A stretch of DNA of 55,457 nt from a virus. Lineage: Duplodnaviria; Caudoviricetes. This document shows positions 17,502-27,514 of this stretch, piece after piece (the first letter of the stretch is position 1; each line of letters opens with the position of its first letter). The notes beneath the pieces are model-generated. The model was given only the letters and a program-made list of their open reading frames with translations, did not search any database and had not been told where the DNA came from. The DNA is taken from the IMG/VR virus record IMGVR_UViG_3300020472_000032, positions 1 through 55,457 of that record, one strand, 5' to 3'. The translations under genes were made by a program, and so were the position numbers.

Positions 17502-19061
17502 TTAGATCATTCCTATAGGCATTGGCATCCTAACATCTTCGTTTTCTTCACTTGGGCCAATATCATTTAGCATGTTGAATGCATTTTCATCAAATTTAAC
17601 TGCACTCTGTATCATACGTGTACACAGTATCGTTGCCATTACCAAATCATCAGTTTCGCCATCTTTGGCCGCATAAGTGTTGCCACGTGCTACAAATACT
17701 TTTATTTCACGTATTAGGTTTTTACTGCGAACTTTCATATGATCTGTTTCAATCCATTGTTTAAATTTAGCACATGAGCTTAGTTTTGTCCTGTGTGTTG
17801 TTGTAAACCCTTTTCTAAACCTACGCACATTGCCTGCCTTTTTAGGTTCGCTTAAAAATGTGCCAGGAAATTTGTCTTCACCAAATTCGTTTATAGCCAC
17901 AAGAGCGGCCTCTCCAAGTGTATTATTTTCAACTGACCAATATATTTCTCCAACACCTTGATCATTGATGTAATTTATAATATCAAACATTATACGAATT
18001 TGTTTTTGTACAGGTGTTTTATTATGTTGCCATTCTGCTACTTGCTCTAAGCCAGGCAATGAAAAAACCTGTATGGCGGCATTGTCACCGCCTGTACCTA
18101 AACTAGGATCTAACCCAACAATATATGTATGTCCTTTATTTGGAGTACTGTACCAACGTACTTGTCCTTGTCTTAGTTTTGGTTCTACACCTTCCAGATC
18201 AGGTAATTTTAAACTGTTTATGAGTGTTTCATCCCATGCAATAAATTCACATTCGTGTTCACGTCTAAAACGTTCCTCACCTATTTTTGCACGTTCACTG
18301 AGAGCCCATGCATCATCACGTTCAGGATGTTCACTCCAATGCACTTGAAAACTTTTAAATCCATTTTTTCCAAGTTCTTGTTCTTCCCCAAATTCATCTA
18401 GTGTTTTGTTTGCATCTTTCCATATACGAGCAAACTGATCATCATCTTGGTTTGGCGTACTAGTAATAAAACATTTACCACCTGTACTTAATGTTGGTGA
18501 TAATGATGTCCAGAATTCTTGTGCAACCCTAGGAGGCACAAATGCAAACTCGTCTAAATATACTAATGTAAGCGACAAACCACGACCTGTATTTTCTGTA
18601 GTTGCTTGTGCAATAATACGTGAACCATTATCAAATTCTAAACTACCCTTGTTATATGCTGTAACACCAGCACGTATGTGATCAGGGCAGGTTTCATACA
18701 TGTATCTGATACGTTGCATAATTTCTTGGGCACCAGAATATTTGTGAGCCGCAATTAGTATTGTACTGTCTGGTTTAAACATTGCATACCATAACAAATA
18801 TGCGGCCGCACATGTGGATTTGCCTGTTTGTCTAGGTAACATTGCTATACTGTATCTGTGACTGTGATATACATCTATTAAGCCTACCTGATAATCATAC
18901 AGGTCAAACTTCATGCGACCTCGTGTAGGGTGTTGAATATAGCAATGATTAAGAGCAAAATACGTTGGATCGGCCATGCATTGTGCTAATTCCATCATTG
19001 CATCTTTTGAAAAACTTTGTGATTTGTGAGGGCGTTTGATGAGCCCGGTATCTACTGACAT
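17502..19061 (-). CDS. 17: terminase large subunit (T4 gp17-like)
   Basis: LYDYQ, PRQTGKST, LDEFAF, TSTPN, GLDPSLGTGGD, VENN, DDLVMA. Confidence 0.96.
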   Translation of the reverse strand: MSVDTGLIKRPHKSQSFSKDAMMELAQCMADPTYFALNHCYIQHPTRGRMKFDLYDYQVGLIDVYHSHRYSIAMLPRQTGKSTCAAAYLLWYAMFKPDSTILIAAHKYSGAQEIMQRIRYMYETCPDHIRAGVTAYNKGSLEFDNGSRIIAQATTENTGRGLSLTLVYLDEFAFVPPRVAQEFWTSLSPTLSTGGKCFITSTPNQDDDQFARIWKDANKTLDEFGEEQELGKNGFKSFQVHWSEHPERDDAWALSERAKIGEERFRREHECEFIAWDETLINSLKLPDLEGVEPKLRQGQVRWYSTPNKGHTYIVGLDPSLGTGGDNAAIQVFSLPGLEQVAEWQHNKTPVQKQIRIMFDIINYINDQGVGEIYWSVENNTLGEAALVAINEFGEDKFPGTFLSEPKKAGNVRRFRKGFTTTHRTKLSSCAKFKQWIETDHMKVRSKNLIREIKVFVARGNTYAAKDGETDDLVMATILCTRMIQSAVKFDENAFNMLNDIGPSEENEDVRMPMPIGMI

Positions 19062-19076
19062 TTAATATCCCATATA

Positions 19077-20123
19077 TTATTTGGTTTTTGGATTAGGCTG
19101 ATAAAAAATATCTGGTCCTTGTGAAGGCCAAATGTAAGGTATATTACTTGCTAATACGCCTGATTTACGTAATGCATTTAATCCTTTACCGCTTGTAGCA
19201 GTAACCATTGACATAGAACCAACTGCCATACTTGACATAACTTGCCACTGGCCACCCATGTCTGGATTTGCTTTATACCAATCAAAGTTAGATTCAATGT
19301 ATGCATCTAATACTGCGTCAGCTGATGCATTAGGTTGTTTAAATACATTTGTAATTGAATCTCCAAACTGTTGGAAACGTTGTTGGAATACTGCTTTACC
19401 TATTTGAGTTCTTCTGCCAGCATCTAAGTCAAGTGAATTAACAAGATCTACAAATAAATTTAGATTCATAGTTTTTTTACCACCTGCAAAGTATGACTCA
19501 ATAGGTTGCACAAGTTCTTCAAACTGTTCTAATGTTTGTTTTACTCTTTCAGCTGATACACCACCTTCGCCTAATCTGCCACTGCCTTTAGTTGAAGCAA
19601 CTTTAAGTTCTACTGCAACTCCTTTAACATCAATATCACCTGTGCCTTTTTGTGAAATATCTTGACTGAGTATTGCAAGTGCATGTTCGCCTTTACCTGC
19701 ACGTTGTAGTCCTGCACCAAAATCTAAAAATTCTAAGAACATTTGAATGTTTACAGCGTCGTTGTTGAATATTTCATCAAAACTATAATGTCCGTCTTTT
19801 AAAAATACGTTTGGATTTACACATTGATTTTTTTCAAAGTTATCAAGAAATTTATTTTTTTGTGCTAGGTTTAATCTATCTGATGCAACAATTCTTTCAG
19901 CAATACTTTTCATTGCTTCGTCGCCATATTCTCCTGCTAGTTTACTATTAACCATTGGAAGAAATCTATCAACAACACCAGTTTTATTTACAAGGGAATA
20001 TACACGATCTAATAACTTGGCTTGTGCTTCGTCGTTAGGATCAATGCCTTGTATTCTTTGCATTATCTCACGTTTTGCCTCATCGGCATCTTGATATTCG
20101 TATAGTACTTCTCTTGCTCTCAT
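19077..20123 (-). CDS. putative PD-(D/E)XK nuclease-fold protein, late-expressed
   Basis: GKGE...GDIDVKGVAVELK; start moved to ATG 20123, 5 nt after TAAATA. Confidence 0.55.
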   Translation of the reverse strand: MRAREVLYEYQDADEAKREIMQRIQGIDPNDEAQAKLLDRVYSLVNKTGVVDRFLPMVNSKLAGEYGDEAMKSIAERIVASDRLNLAQKNKFLDNFEKNQCVNPNVFLKDGHYSFDEIFNNDAVNIQMFLEFLDFGAGLQRAGKGEHALAILSQDISQKGTGDIDVKGVAVELKVASTKGSGRLGEGGVSAERVKQTLEQFEELVQPIESYFAGGKKTMNLNLFVDLVNSLDLDAGRRTQIGKAVFQQRFQQFGDSITNVFKQPNASADAVLDAYIESNFDWYKANPDMGGQWQVMSSMAVGSMSMVTATSGKGLNALRKSGVLASNIPYIWPSQGPDIFYQPNPKTK

Positions 20124-20143
20124 ACTAGTATTTACCATGTCAG

Positions 20144-20170
20144 AAAAAAAGGCGACAATAAATTGCCGCC
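20144..20170 (-). terminator. intrinsic terminator
   Basis: GGCGGCAAT-tt-ATTGTCGCC followed by T7. Confidence 0.8.
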
Positions 20171-20180
20171 CAAGTTTCTA

Positions 20181-21026
20181 TTAAACTCCAGCTAGTTTTC
20201 TTAGCCGGTTTATATCGTCTCTAACGGGTGTATTTTTATCTTTTGTACCTGTAATTCTGGCTATTCTATCTCTATAAGCCTGTGCTTTAGGAGGAACTCT
20301 TTCACCATCTTTTCTTGGTTGTGAGTGATCTCTACCTTCACCTTCTACAGTAGACTCGCTGAGTCCTGCTAGTTCTAGTGCTTGATCAATTATTTCATGT
20401 GCATCGCCTGAGTTTGCAAATCCTTCTTCGTCAGCAAAGTCAACATCACTACTATGTGCCATTCTATCCTGATTGCTAACGCCGTGATCTGCCATTGCTT
20501 GTGCAATATCTTTTGGATCTGCACTATGTACAACTACTCGGTTGTCCACCTGCATTTTGACTTTGCCATCTTCTGCATTGAAGTAAACAAATTTTGGTTC
20601 ACCTTGTTTTGGTCCATAAAGATCGCCTAGTTTCTTTTGCAGAGCGTCATTGTCTTCAGTTTGTTCCATTGGTACAATAGCACTAGATCTATCAAGTACC
20701 TTGTACAATGCTTCTATGTGCTTACGCATTGTTGTAAGTTGGTCTGTTAAATCTCCAGCACCAGTTGAATCATAATTCATATCCATTGTTGCTAGTTCAT
20801 CGTATTCGCCATTTAATCTTTCTAATGCTTGAAAAATATCATTGAGTTTATCACGCTTCATTGAATCTGTTTTATCTTCTTGAACACTTTCATTTACTGG
20901 TTCACAATTTGGTTTACAGTTACAGTTAGATCCACAGTTACCACCACATGAGCAGTTGCTATCACAACCACATGATGCTTCATTTAATGTACCTAGGTAA
21001 TTAGAGATTTTTTCCTGTAATTCCAT
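20181..21026 (-). CDS. putative prohead core/internal protein
   Basis: Acidic, Cys-rich N-terminal cluster, C-terminal RLRKLAGV. Confidence 0.6.
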   Translation of the reverse strand: MELQEKISNYLGTLNEASCGCDSNCSCGGNCGSNCNCKPNCEPVNESVQEDKTDSMKRDKLNDIFQALERLNGEYDELATMDMNYDSTGAGDLTDQLTTMRKHIEALYKVLDRSSAIVPMEQTEDNDALQKKLGDLYGPKQGEPKFVYFNAEDGKVKMQVDNRVVVHSADPKDIAQAMADHGVSNQDRMAHSSDVDFADEEGFANSGDAHEIIDQALELAGLSESTVEGEGRDHSQPRKDGERVPPKAQAYRDRIARITGTKDKNTPVRDDINRLRKLAGV

Positions 21027-21658
21027 TAGATACCTGCCAATTTCTTCAGTGCTGAGACATCTGCTGATACTGTTTTATCTGTGGTTGTTTCGCCAATGCC
21101 TGCAAGTTTTCTAAGATCTGCAATGTCTTGATTTTCTTCAATTGACTCATCTGTTTCTTCTTTGTCATCTGACTCAGATTTTTTGCCTTTTTTCTTATCC
21201 TGATATGCTTGTAATCCAGGAGGAAGTTTGCCTTCTTCAACTGCTTCTTCTTCAACTGATTCATCAGCTTTTTCTTTTTTATCTTTGGCGGCTTTTTTCA
21301 TTGGCTCTTTTTTGTCGCCATCGCCATCGATGTCAATATAATCTGGTTTTGCTTTTTCTTCAACTGCCTGCTCAACAACTTCCTCTTGAGCTTGTTCCTC
21401 AACTGCTTCATCCTCGCTGAGGTATTCCTTAAATTTTGCCATCATGTCTTCTACTTCATGATCTTCAAATACTTTATCTTCGCCTTCTACAACTTTTACT
21501 GGTTGTGGATCTGCATTCAAGTATTGTCTAAGACTTTGATTTACATCTGCTTCGGGTGCCTGTACCTCTTCAGGATCAGGATGCGCCGTTGTTGCTGGAC
21601 TGTTGGCCCACTCAGTTTGTGGCATTCCAGCTAGTTTTCTTAATTCATCTATGTTCAT
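21026..21658 (-). CDS. putative prohead core/internal protein
   Basis: Glu/Lys-rich; three L(R/K)KLAG motifs; DIDGDGD EF-hand-like loop. Confidence 0.6.
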   Translation of the reverse strand: MNIDELRKLAGMPQTEWANSPATTAHPDPEEVQAPEADVNQSLRQYLNADPQPVKVVEGEDKVFEDHEVEDMMAKFKEYLSEDEAVEEQAQEEVVEQAVEEKAKPDYIDIDGDGDKKEPMKKAAKDKKEKADESVEEEAVEEGKLPPGLQAYQDKKKGKKSESDDKEETDESIEENQDIADLRKLAGIGETTTDKTVSADVSALKKLAGI

Positions 21659-22191
21659 GCCTTTTCTCCTTCGTAGCCAACACCTTCTGGCATTTGCTCT
21701 CTTCTAAGTTTCATCATTTCGTCTACGAATTTTGTTTTGAAATCTTCGCCATAGTATTCTGCATGATCTACTTTTTCTACGTCATCTGCACTATAGTCTT
21801 CTGATTCTAATTTAACTTTGTATTCTTCGTCTTTTTTTGCTTTTTCTTCTGCAAGTTCTCTAGCCATTGCTGGTTCATTGTGTGCTCTTACTTTAATTTT
21901 GTTTTCGCCAATGTTCCATATTCTTACTATTTCTGTCATCAAGCCAAATTGGCTTGCTGGTTGGTCACTATCAAAATCAATAGTTGTTACATTAATACCT
22001 CTTTCACCTGGAAAATCAATTGGAGCACTTTGTAAAATTCCTCGCTTGGGTGAATTTACACTTTTTACTTCATACTTTTTAAGATGTTCTTCAAGTGCGT
22101 CCATCATTTCGTCCGAAACTTCTTCAGAGGTTTTGATTCTGTAACTATAACTAGATTTTGATTCTGTCAAATATGCTTTTAAATAATTCAT
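21655..22191 (-). CDS. hypothetical late protein
   Basis: GGAG RBS, TAAATA at 22211-22216; N-terminal LKAYLTES. Confidence 0.7.
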   Translation of the reverse strand: MNYLKAYLTESKSSYSYRIKTSEEVSDEMMDALEEHLKKYEVKSVNSPKRGILQSAPIDFPGERGINVTTIDFDSDQPASQFGLMTEIVRIWNIGENKIKVRAHNEPAMARELAEEKAKKDEEYKVKLESEDYSADDVEKVDHAEYYGEDFKTKFVDEMMKLRREQMPEGVGYEGEKA

Positions 22192-22209
22192 GTTATTGCT
22201 CCGTTAAAG

Positions 22210-22704
22210 TTATTTATCTTTCTTTAAGCTGTCTGCTATGGTTTTAAGACTTTCAATCATACTGTTTCTATCACTAGTGATCTGTTCACTGTCATGGTGA
22301 ATTACAGTACCATTGGCGCCGTTGCCATCTTTATCTAACCTTGCTTTTTTAAGCTGTAGGTCTATCATTTTTAGTTTTTTGTTCATTTTTTCTGTTTTAG
22401 CTGTAATTGCATTGTTCATCATTTTACTTGCCACATCAAAAATCAAGGCCGCATGACGATCTTCTACGTTGTTGCCTAATGCTACTAGATCATCAAATGT
22501 ATCCATAGCCTTTTGTGCATAAGTATCCATATCTGTATCAAGTGAATTAAGTCCTGTTACTTGTGGTAATGCTGAATCTATTTTGTCTGCTGTTGCTATA
22601 ACCTGCTGTATTTCGTCAGGTGCCATTGTGAGTTCAGTTTTAACTTCTTCTTTTTCTTTTTCTATAGGAGGTAAGTTAAACTCTTCTTCTAATTTTTTGG
22701 TCAA
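22210..22704 (-). CDS. possible terminase small subunit
   Basis: 164-aa helical/coiled-coil protein near TerL and gp4; helix-hairpin plus C-terminal strand architecture (inference). Confidence 0.45.
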   Translation of the reverse strand: MTKKLEEEFNLPPIEKEKEEVKTELTMAPDEIQQVIATADKIDSALPQVTGLNSLDTDMDTYAQKAMDTFDDLVALGNNVEDRHAALIFDVASKMMNNAITAKTEKMNKKLKMIDLQLKKARLDKDGNGANGTVIHHDSEQITSDRNSMIESLKTIADSLKKDK

Positions 22705-23156
22705 CGTTTTTTCCTTCTGTTAGGCTTATTACTTTTTGGCTTATTGAACATTTCGTTTTCTGTTATAACTCGAAAACCCATTCCTTGTTGATTTGCCCAT
22801 TGTCGTGCCATTTTCCATTTAGCTTCATTAACTGCGGCATGCATTTTATCATGTGTGCTACGAGCATTACCCATTACTTGACTATTGGGTTTTACTTCTA
22901 CAATCTCTGCATGTTTCTTTCCATTTTTATCTGCATATATCATAAAAAAGTCTGGTACATACGAAGTCTTTTTACCAGTAACTGGATTGATATATGGTAT
23001 TCTATGTGCTTCACTTGCCCAAGCTAATATGTTTGGGTGATTATCACACATACGCATAAAAGCTAATTCCCAACCACTTCTATAACGTGGTGTATGCTTA
23101 CCTATATACTTAGTTGGGTTTTGTGGCTGAAAAGCACCTTGGATATATTTTGCCAT
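22701..23156 (-). CDS. 4: head completion nuclease (T4 gp4-like, TnsA-like PD-(D/E)XK)
   Basis: PQNPTKYIG..YRSGWE..WASE..IPY..YVPDF..EVKP..NEAKW..FRVITE. Confidence 0.9.
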   Translation of the reverse strand: MAKYIQGAFQPQNPTKYIGKHTPRYRSGWELAFMRMCDNHPNILAWASEAHRIPYINPVTGKKTSYVPDFFMIYADKNGKKHAEIVEVKPNSQVMGNARSTHDKMHAAVNEAKWKMARQWANQQGMGFRVITENEMFNKPKSNKPNRRKKR

Positions 23157-23169
23157 AATAGGCTACCTT

Positions 23170-23835
23170 TTATTGGCCGGGTACAAATTCAACATCATAA
23201 TACTCATATTCAAACGTTATATTAGTTTGTACCAACCCAGAATCTGTATAGTTTAATGTATCTCTTGTAAGGTTTGAAATTACCGGTCTATATAAAGTAT
23301 ATACATCTGCGCCATGGCCTTCAGTGTCAGATGCTCCACTACTATCAGCAGGAGCATAACCAGAAAAGTTATATATTTTGAGAACTAAAATAGGATCTTT
23401 TGATTTAGCTACCTTTAAGTTTTCACCATGGCTAGTTACAAAAGAATGATTCCTTAAATCCGTACCTCTATAAAATGATGTTGACCGACCATGCGGACCT
23501 TCATCTGCAGGTGGACTACTAAAATAATGTTTATCATAGCTTGTTAAAAATTTATTAATGTTACCTGCCCTATCATCATATATTGCCATTGTAACCGGAT
23601 TATATGTCTTACCTAATATACTAATAACTTTTCGATTATAAGAATTATTTGTTTGTGTATTATAAGTGGTGGAAGGCAAAGTGATGTTTGAAACATCAAA
23701 TCGCTTTCCACTCATGTCAATTGGAAAATCACCTCTGGTCAAAAATTCTACAGCATACTGGTATTTTTGCTTTGGGAGTTTAATGCTTCCGGAATTTGCA
23801 CCGTAAACATCAACTGCATAATTTTTGAATCCCAT
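23170..23835 (-). CDS. tail tube-like protein (gp19/gp54/gp48 family)
   Basis: ITLPS, YNRK, YNPVT..YDD, LNY, ITFEYE; adjacent to tube gene. Confidence 0.7.
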   Translation of the reverse strand: MGFKNYAVDVYGANSGSIKLPKQKYQYAVEFLTRGDFPIDMSGKRFDVSNITLPSTTYNTQTNNSYNRKVISILGKTYNPVTMAIYDDRAGNINKFLTSYDKHYFSSPPADEGPHGRSTSFYRGTDLRNHSFVTSHGENLKVAKSKDPILVLKIYNFSGYAPADSSGASDTEGHGADVYTLYRPVISNLTRDTLNYTDSGLVQTNITFEYEYYDVEFVPGQ

Positions 23836-23849
23836 AACATTACCTTACC

Positions 23850-24494
23850 TTAGCCAGTTGCTCTGCTTGTACCTGGTGTATTTGAACTACCACCTTGTTC
23901 AGGTGCTAGTGTATTAGTTCCGCCTTGATCAAGTGTATGTTCACAATTATCATAACGTATTGTCATTGATATTTGTACTTGTTCACTTGCCGCATAAGTT
24001 ACATCACCAAAACTAACGTTTGTTAGCATTGCACCTTTTAATATAAAAGATTCTGTAGGATCAATACTTGTTTCTTGTCCGCCTGGACCTGATGCTGAAC
24101 CATGAGAACCATCTAGCATATCAATTGCACATTCAAACTTATAATTTGATGCGGCTTCTTGTGTTGCTTGATTTTCATGATCTGTTTGTTTGCTTAATTG
24201 TGAGTTTACTGCTGAAACTACATCACCTGCAATATCATCTCGTACTACTAATGTAATAGGATCCCATGTGTGTTTTCCAAGCATATAAATTCTAGAATTG
24301 TAAACATCTAATGTTGTTTCATCGTATGTAATTCCTGGTCTGGTAACGCTAACTACGTTTTCTGTTATAGAAACAGTATTACCTACTGAATTTCCAAATC
24401 CTGTTAATAGGACTCTAAAACGAAATTGTAGTTTAGGCATCGCGGCTGGTCCGCTTCCACCACTTACAGGAACTGTAAATTTGTTTAGTGCCAT
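23850..24494 (-). CDS. 19: tail tube protein (gp19-like)
   Basis: PKLQFRFRV, VTRP, GKHTWDPIT..RDD, IRYDN; follows sheath. Confidence 0.85.
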   Translation of the reverse strand: MALNKFTVPVSGGSGPAAMPKLQFRFRVLLTGFGNSVGNTVSITENVVSVTRPGITYDETTLDVYNSRIYMLGKHTWDPITLVVRDDIAGDVVSAVNSQLSKQTDHENQATQEAASNYKFECAIDMLDGSHGSASGPGGQETSIDPTESFILKGAMLTNVSFGDVTYAASEQVQISMTIRYDNCEHTLDQGGTNTLAPEQGGSSNTPGTSRATG

Positions 24495-24582
24495 TTTTTA
24501 TAACTCCCAATAGTTAAATTTATCTTCTTACTGAAGCTAATTGTATTTATGAAAAACTCCTTGAAAATTTTCTGGGGTCAGA

Positions 24583-24608
24583 AGAATAGGCCCAAACGGG
24601 CCTATTCT
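24583..24608. terminator. stem-loop terminator after tail sheath
   Basis: AGAATAGGCCC-aaac-GGGCCTATTCT perfect 11-bp stem. Confidence 0.75.
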
Positions 24609-24619
24609 AAGTAGATTAA

Positions 24620-27097
24620 TTAACCAAGTTGTCCGGTATTAACAATTCTTACTGGAATATAGATGAATTCTATACTCTTAGCAGGAGCAATAGCAACATC
24701 AATGTATAATTCATTTTTGTCTATTCTCGCTGGTGTATTGTTAGACCTATCACAAACTACTGCAAAGTCACTTAAACCTCTTTTAGCTTCAATATCTAAA
24801 AGGAAGTTTGTAAACATTAACTGAGCTCTAGATCTTGTTGTTTCATCATTAGGTTCAAACAAGAACGGTCTAGCTAATACATCAAATCTTTCACGCAAAT
24901 ATGCTACTAAACGTGCAACATTTACACGATCTAATGCACTAGTAGTGCTATGTAGCGATTTCTGTCCAAATATTGTTATACCACTATCTGGAAAGTTTGC
25001 AATCGGATTCATTTTTGCTATATACAAACTATCTCTTTGACTGTTTGTTAATGCAGTTGCTTTAAATTCGTTTTCGCCGTCAACATAACCAACACCAGAT
25101 GCGTTAGAAATAACACCTCTGTTTAGTCCTGCTGGAGCAAACCACTGATAAGACACAGCATCACTTGTTGCAATCTGATATAATACTGAATGTGATGGAT
25201 ATGTAACTACTGTAGCTCCTTCTGTAGGCTCAGTTGCCTTCAATGCAGGATAGTATGTTGCACTATAGGTGCTTTTAGTTACTAGAGCATCTTCGCCGTT
25301 TTCTGTTGCTCCTGCTCCGCCGATCCATGTAACAATGTCAGTTGGTGACTTACGTAAAGGTGAGTCAATAATAACAAATGCAGTATTGCCTCTGTTATTG
25401 TTCATTGTAATCATTTCATCTGCTAATTCAGGATAACCAGGTGCGGCAATTAATGAATAATTTAGATTTGCATCTAAGTTATCTGTATCAGAGGCACATG
25501 ACTGCATTGCAGTTGCAACAACTTTACGTTGAGCATATCTTCCAAATGCACCTGAACCATCTGCATGATTAGAAGCACCATTTCTCCAAGCTGTACCATT
25601 CCATGTACGAACTGTGTTTTTACTTTGTGCCATGTTAATCACAACCATTCCAGTTGGATAAATCGCGGCATTTGGTGCTCCAGTAATTTCTGTTGCGTTA
25701 CCGCCATCTGATGCATCTGCGGCTGTGTCTGTAATATCAGCAAATAGAACACCATTTGATGTACTTTGATCTGCATTACTATGAAGTACCCATGCACTAT
25801 TACCAGCATTTCTCTGATAAATTTTTGGATAATCACGCTCATTTGCTAAACCATATCCACAACTAGTTGTATCTATCCAAAGATCTCCTGCACTTGGTCC
25901 TGTTGGAGCCGTTGTAGCATAAGTTGGAGTAATAGTTGTATAGTTACTACCATTTACTTTGTAAACGTCTAATGCAGTAAGTGAATTATCAAACCAATAT
26001 GTACCAGTTGCGGCGGTACCAGTTGGTTCTGCGTTTTGTGCTTTTTTAGCAGTTATAGCATCAAGATTTGCAACTCCACCTGCGTCAGAAACTTGTTGCA
26101 AAATAATTAATGCTTTAGTATTTGCATCAACGTCAGCTAAAAAGTTACCTGCTACAGCAGTTGTAGATGTTAATGCAGTTGCACTTGAACCATCTTGTGG
26201 TATAAAGTCGCCAATAGTAGCTGACATACCAGCACCTAATGCACTTGTTACACCCTGAAGTGAAGTAAGTGTCCAGCTACCTGTACCAGAATGCTTATAA
26301 ATTTTTAAGTCTAAGCCGTTACCTGGTGAAGTAGTTTTAATCCAAACATCTCCTGCTCCTGGTGATGCTGGTGCACTATAGTGAGCGGCCCAAGTTACAG
26401 TTTCTCCTGAACTAAGATTGCCGTCGCTGTCTAGTTCTTCCCATGCTCCACCTACTCCATAAAAGTATTCAAGTGATGCATTACCGTCTTGGTCTAAGTG
26501 TACAACAACTAGGAAGTTTCCGTTAACTATAGATGTAGTTATTGAATATCCACTAGCACCCAATGAATGAGCATCAGTTGCTGTAGCATTTACTTCGATA
26601 GTTGGAGTTTGCTTTTCCCAAGCACTAGAAGTTGCATTCCATTTATTAATACCATATTCGCTGGCATCTGTGTCAATCCACATACTATTAGCAGTTGCGT
26701 ATGTTGCTGTTGGTGTTGTGGTTGTGGGGATAAGTTGTGTAGTGTTTATGTTTGCTCTTGAAATATACGCACTACCACCTTGTCCCAAAAAGCTGTAAGC
26801 GGCCAACAATCCGTATTCGCTAGTTTCGTCGCCAACGATTGGTGTTGTTCCACTCTTTCTGAAGAAAACGTCTCCAAAATTTTGTGTTAATTCTCTCTGA
26901 GATGTTACCAGTAGCGGTGTGTTTGCTTTTGCACTTTTTGTATATGGTGCAATAGAGTCAGAAGCACTACCTGTAGGATCAGTTTTATCCTGTCCTGTTG
27001 CAACCATTATAAACGGTATAGTACCGGCGCCTGGTCCGGCGTATGCTGATTCGTCTGAAACACTAACTGAAACACCTGGTGATGTTAATGTAGCCAT
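24620..27097 (-). CDS. 18: tail sheath protein (gp18-like) with large insert
   Basis: SPGVSV; WFAPAGLNRG; NPIANF..G.TIFGQKS; DRVNVARL; FEPND; CDRSNNTP.RID.NE; P.KSIEFIYI. Confidence 0.95.
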   Translation of the reverse strand: MATLTSPGVSVSVSDESAYAGPGAGTIPFIMVATGQDKTDPTGSASDSIAPYTKSAKANTPLLVTSQRELTQNFGDVFFRKSGTTPIVGDETSEYGLLAAYSFLGQGGSAYISRANINTTQLIPTTTTPTATYATANSMWIDTDASEYGINKWNATSSAWEKQTPTIEVNATATDAHSLGASGYSITTSIVNGNFLVVVHLDQDGNASLEYFYGVGGAWEELDSDGNLSSGETVTWAAHYSAPASPGAGDVWIKTTSPGNGLDLKIYKHSGTGSWTLTSLQGVTSALGAGMSATIGDFIPQDGSSATALTSTTAVAGNFLADVDANTKALIILQQVSDAGGVANLDAITAKKAQNAEPTGTAATGTYWFDNSLTALDVYKVNGSNYTTITPTYATTAPTGPSAGDLWIDTTSCGYGLANERDYPKIYQRNAGNSAWVLHSNADQSTSNGVLFADITDTAADASDGGNATEITGAPNAAIYPTGMVVINMAQSKNTVRTWNGTAWRNGASNHADGSGAFGRYAQRKVVATAMQSCASDTDNLDANLNYSLIAAPGYPELADEMITMNNNRGNTAFVIIDSPLRKSPTDIVTWIGGAGATENGEDALVTKSTYSATYYPALKATEPTEGATVVTYPSHSVLYQIATSDAVSYQWFAPAGLNRGVISNASGVGYVDGENEFKATALTNSQRDSLYIAKMNPIANFPDSGITIFGQKSLHSTTSALDRVNVARLVAYLRERFDVLARPFLFEPNDETTRSRAQLMFTNFLLDIEAKRGLSDFAVVCDRSNNTPARIDKNELYIDVAIAPAKSIEFIYIPVRIVNTGQLG

Positions 27098-27187
27098 TTA
27101 ATTTCCCCTTCTCTTAAAGTGATATATGTATTTACCGTACCCTTGTTAAAACCATTGTTTTAAGCCGTTAAATACGTACTTAATGAC

Positions 27188-27216
27188 TTGACAAACCGAA
27201 GTTTTTTCCATATAAT
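27188..27216 (+). promoter_or_regulatory. consensus sigma70 promoter
   Basis: TTGACA (27188-27193)-17 nt-TATAAT (27211-27216). Confidence 0.85.
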
Positions 27217-27241
27217 AGTAAAATATAACGAGAGGATATCC

Positions 27242-27514
27242 ATGGCTATTGATTACAAATTTAATGAAGCAGAATTAATAAAAGAACTACAACAATATGT
27301 TGATTCAACTTATGATCAACATTACAGTAAAAATAAATTTCAGGCTACTGAATTTATTATAGACGCTGGACATGGCGAAGGATTTTGTATTGGTAATATT
27401 ATGAAGTATGCTCAACGATATGGTAAAAAGGATGGATATAATAGGAAAGACTTACAAAAAGTTTTACACTATGCATTAATTGCCTTGAGTGTACACGATC
27501 TTAACCAATCGTAA
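27242..27514 (+). CDS. DUF3310-like protein
   Basis: TYDQHY, GFCIGNIMKYAQRYGKK, DLQKVLHY; GAGGA RBS before ATG 27242. Confidence 0.85.
   Translation: MAIDYKFNEAELIKELQQYVDSTYDQHYSKNKFQATEFIIDAGHGEGFCIGNIMKYAQRYGKKDGYNRKDLQKVLHYALIALSVHDLNQS

Noticed and set aside
27140-27185. CtrA-like TTAA boxes between sheath and DUF3310 promoters
   Set aside because: Spacings are not the canonical TTAA-N7-TTAA, and TTAA is common in AT-rich DNA
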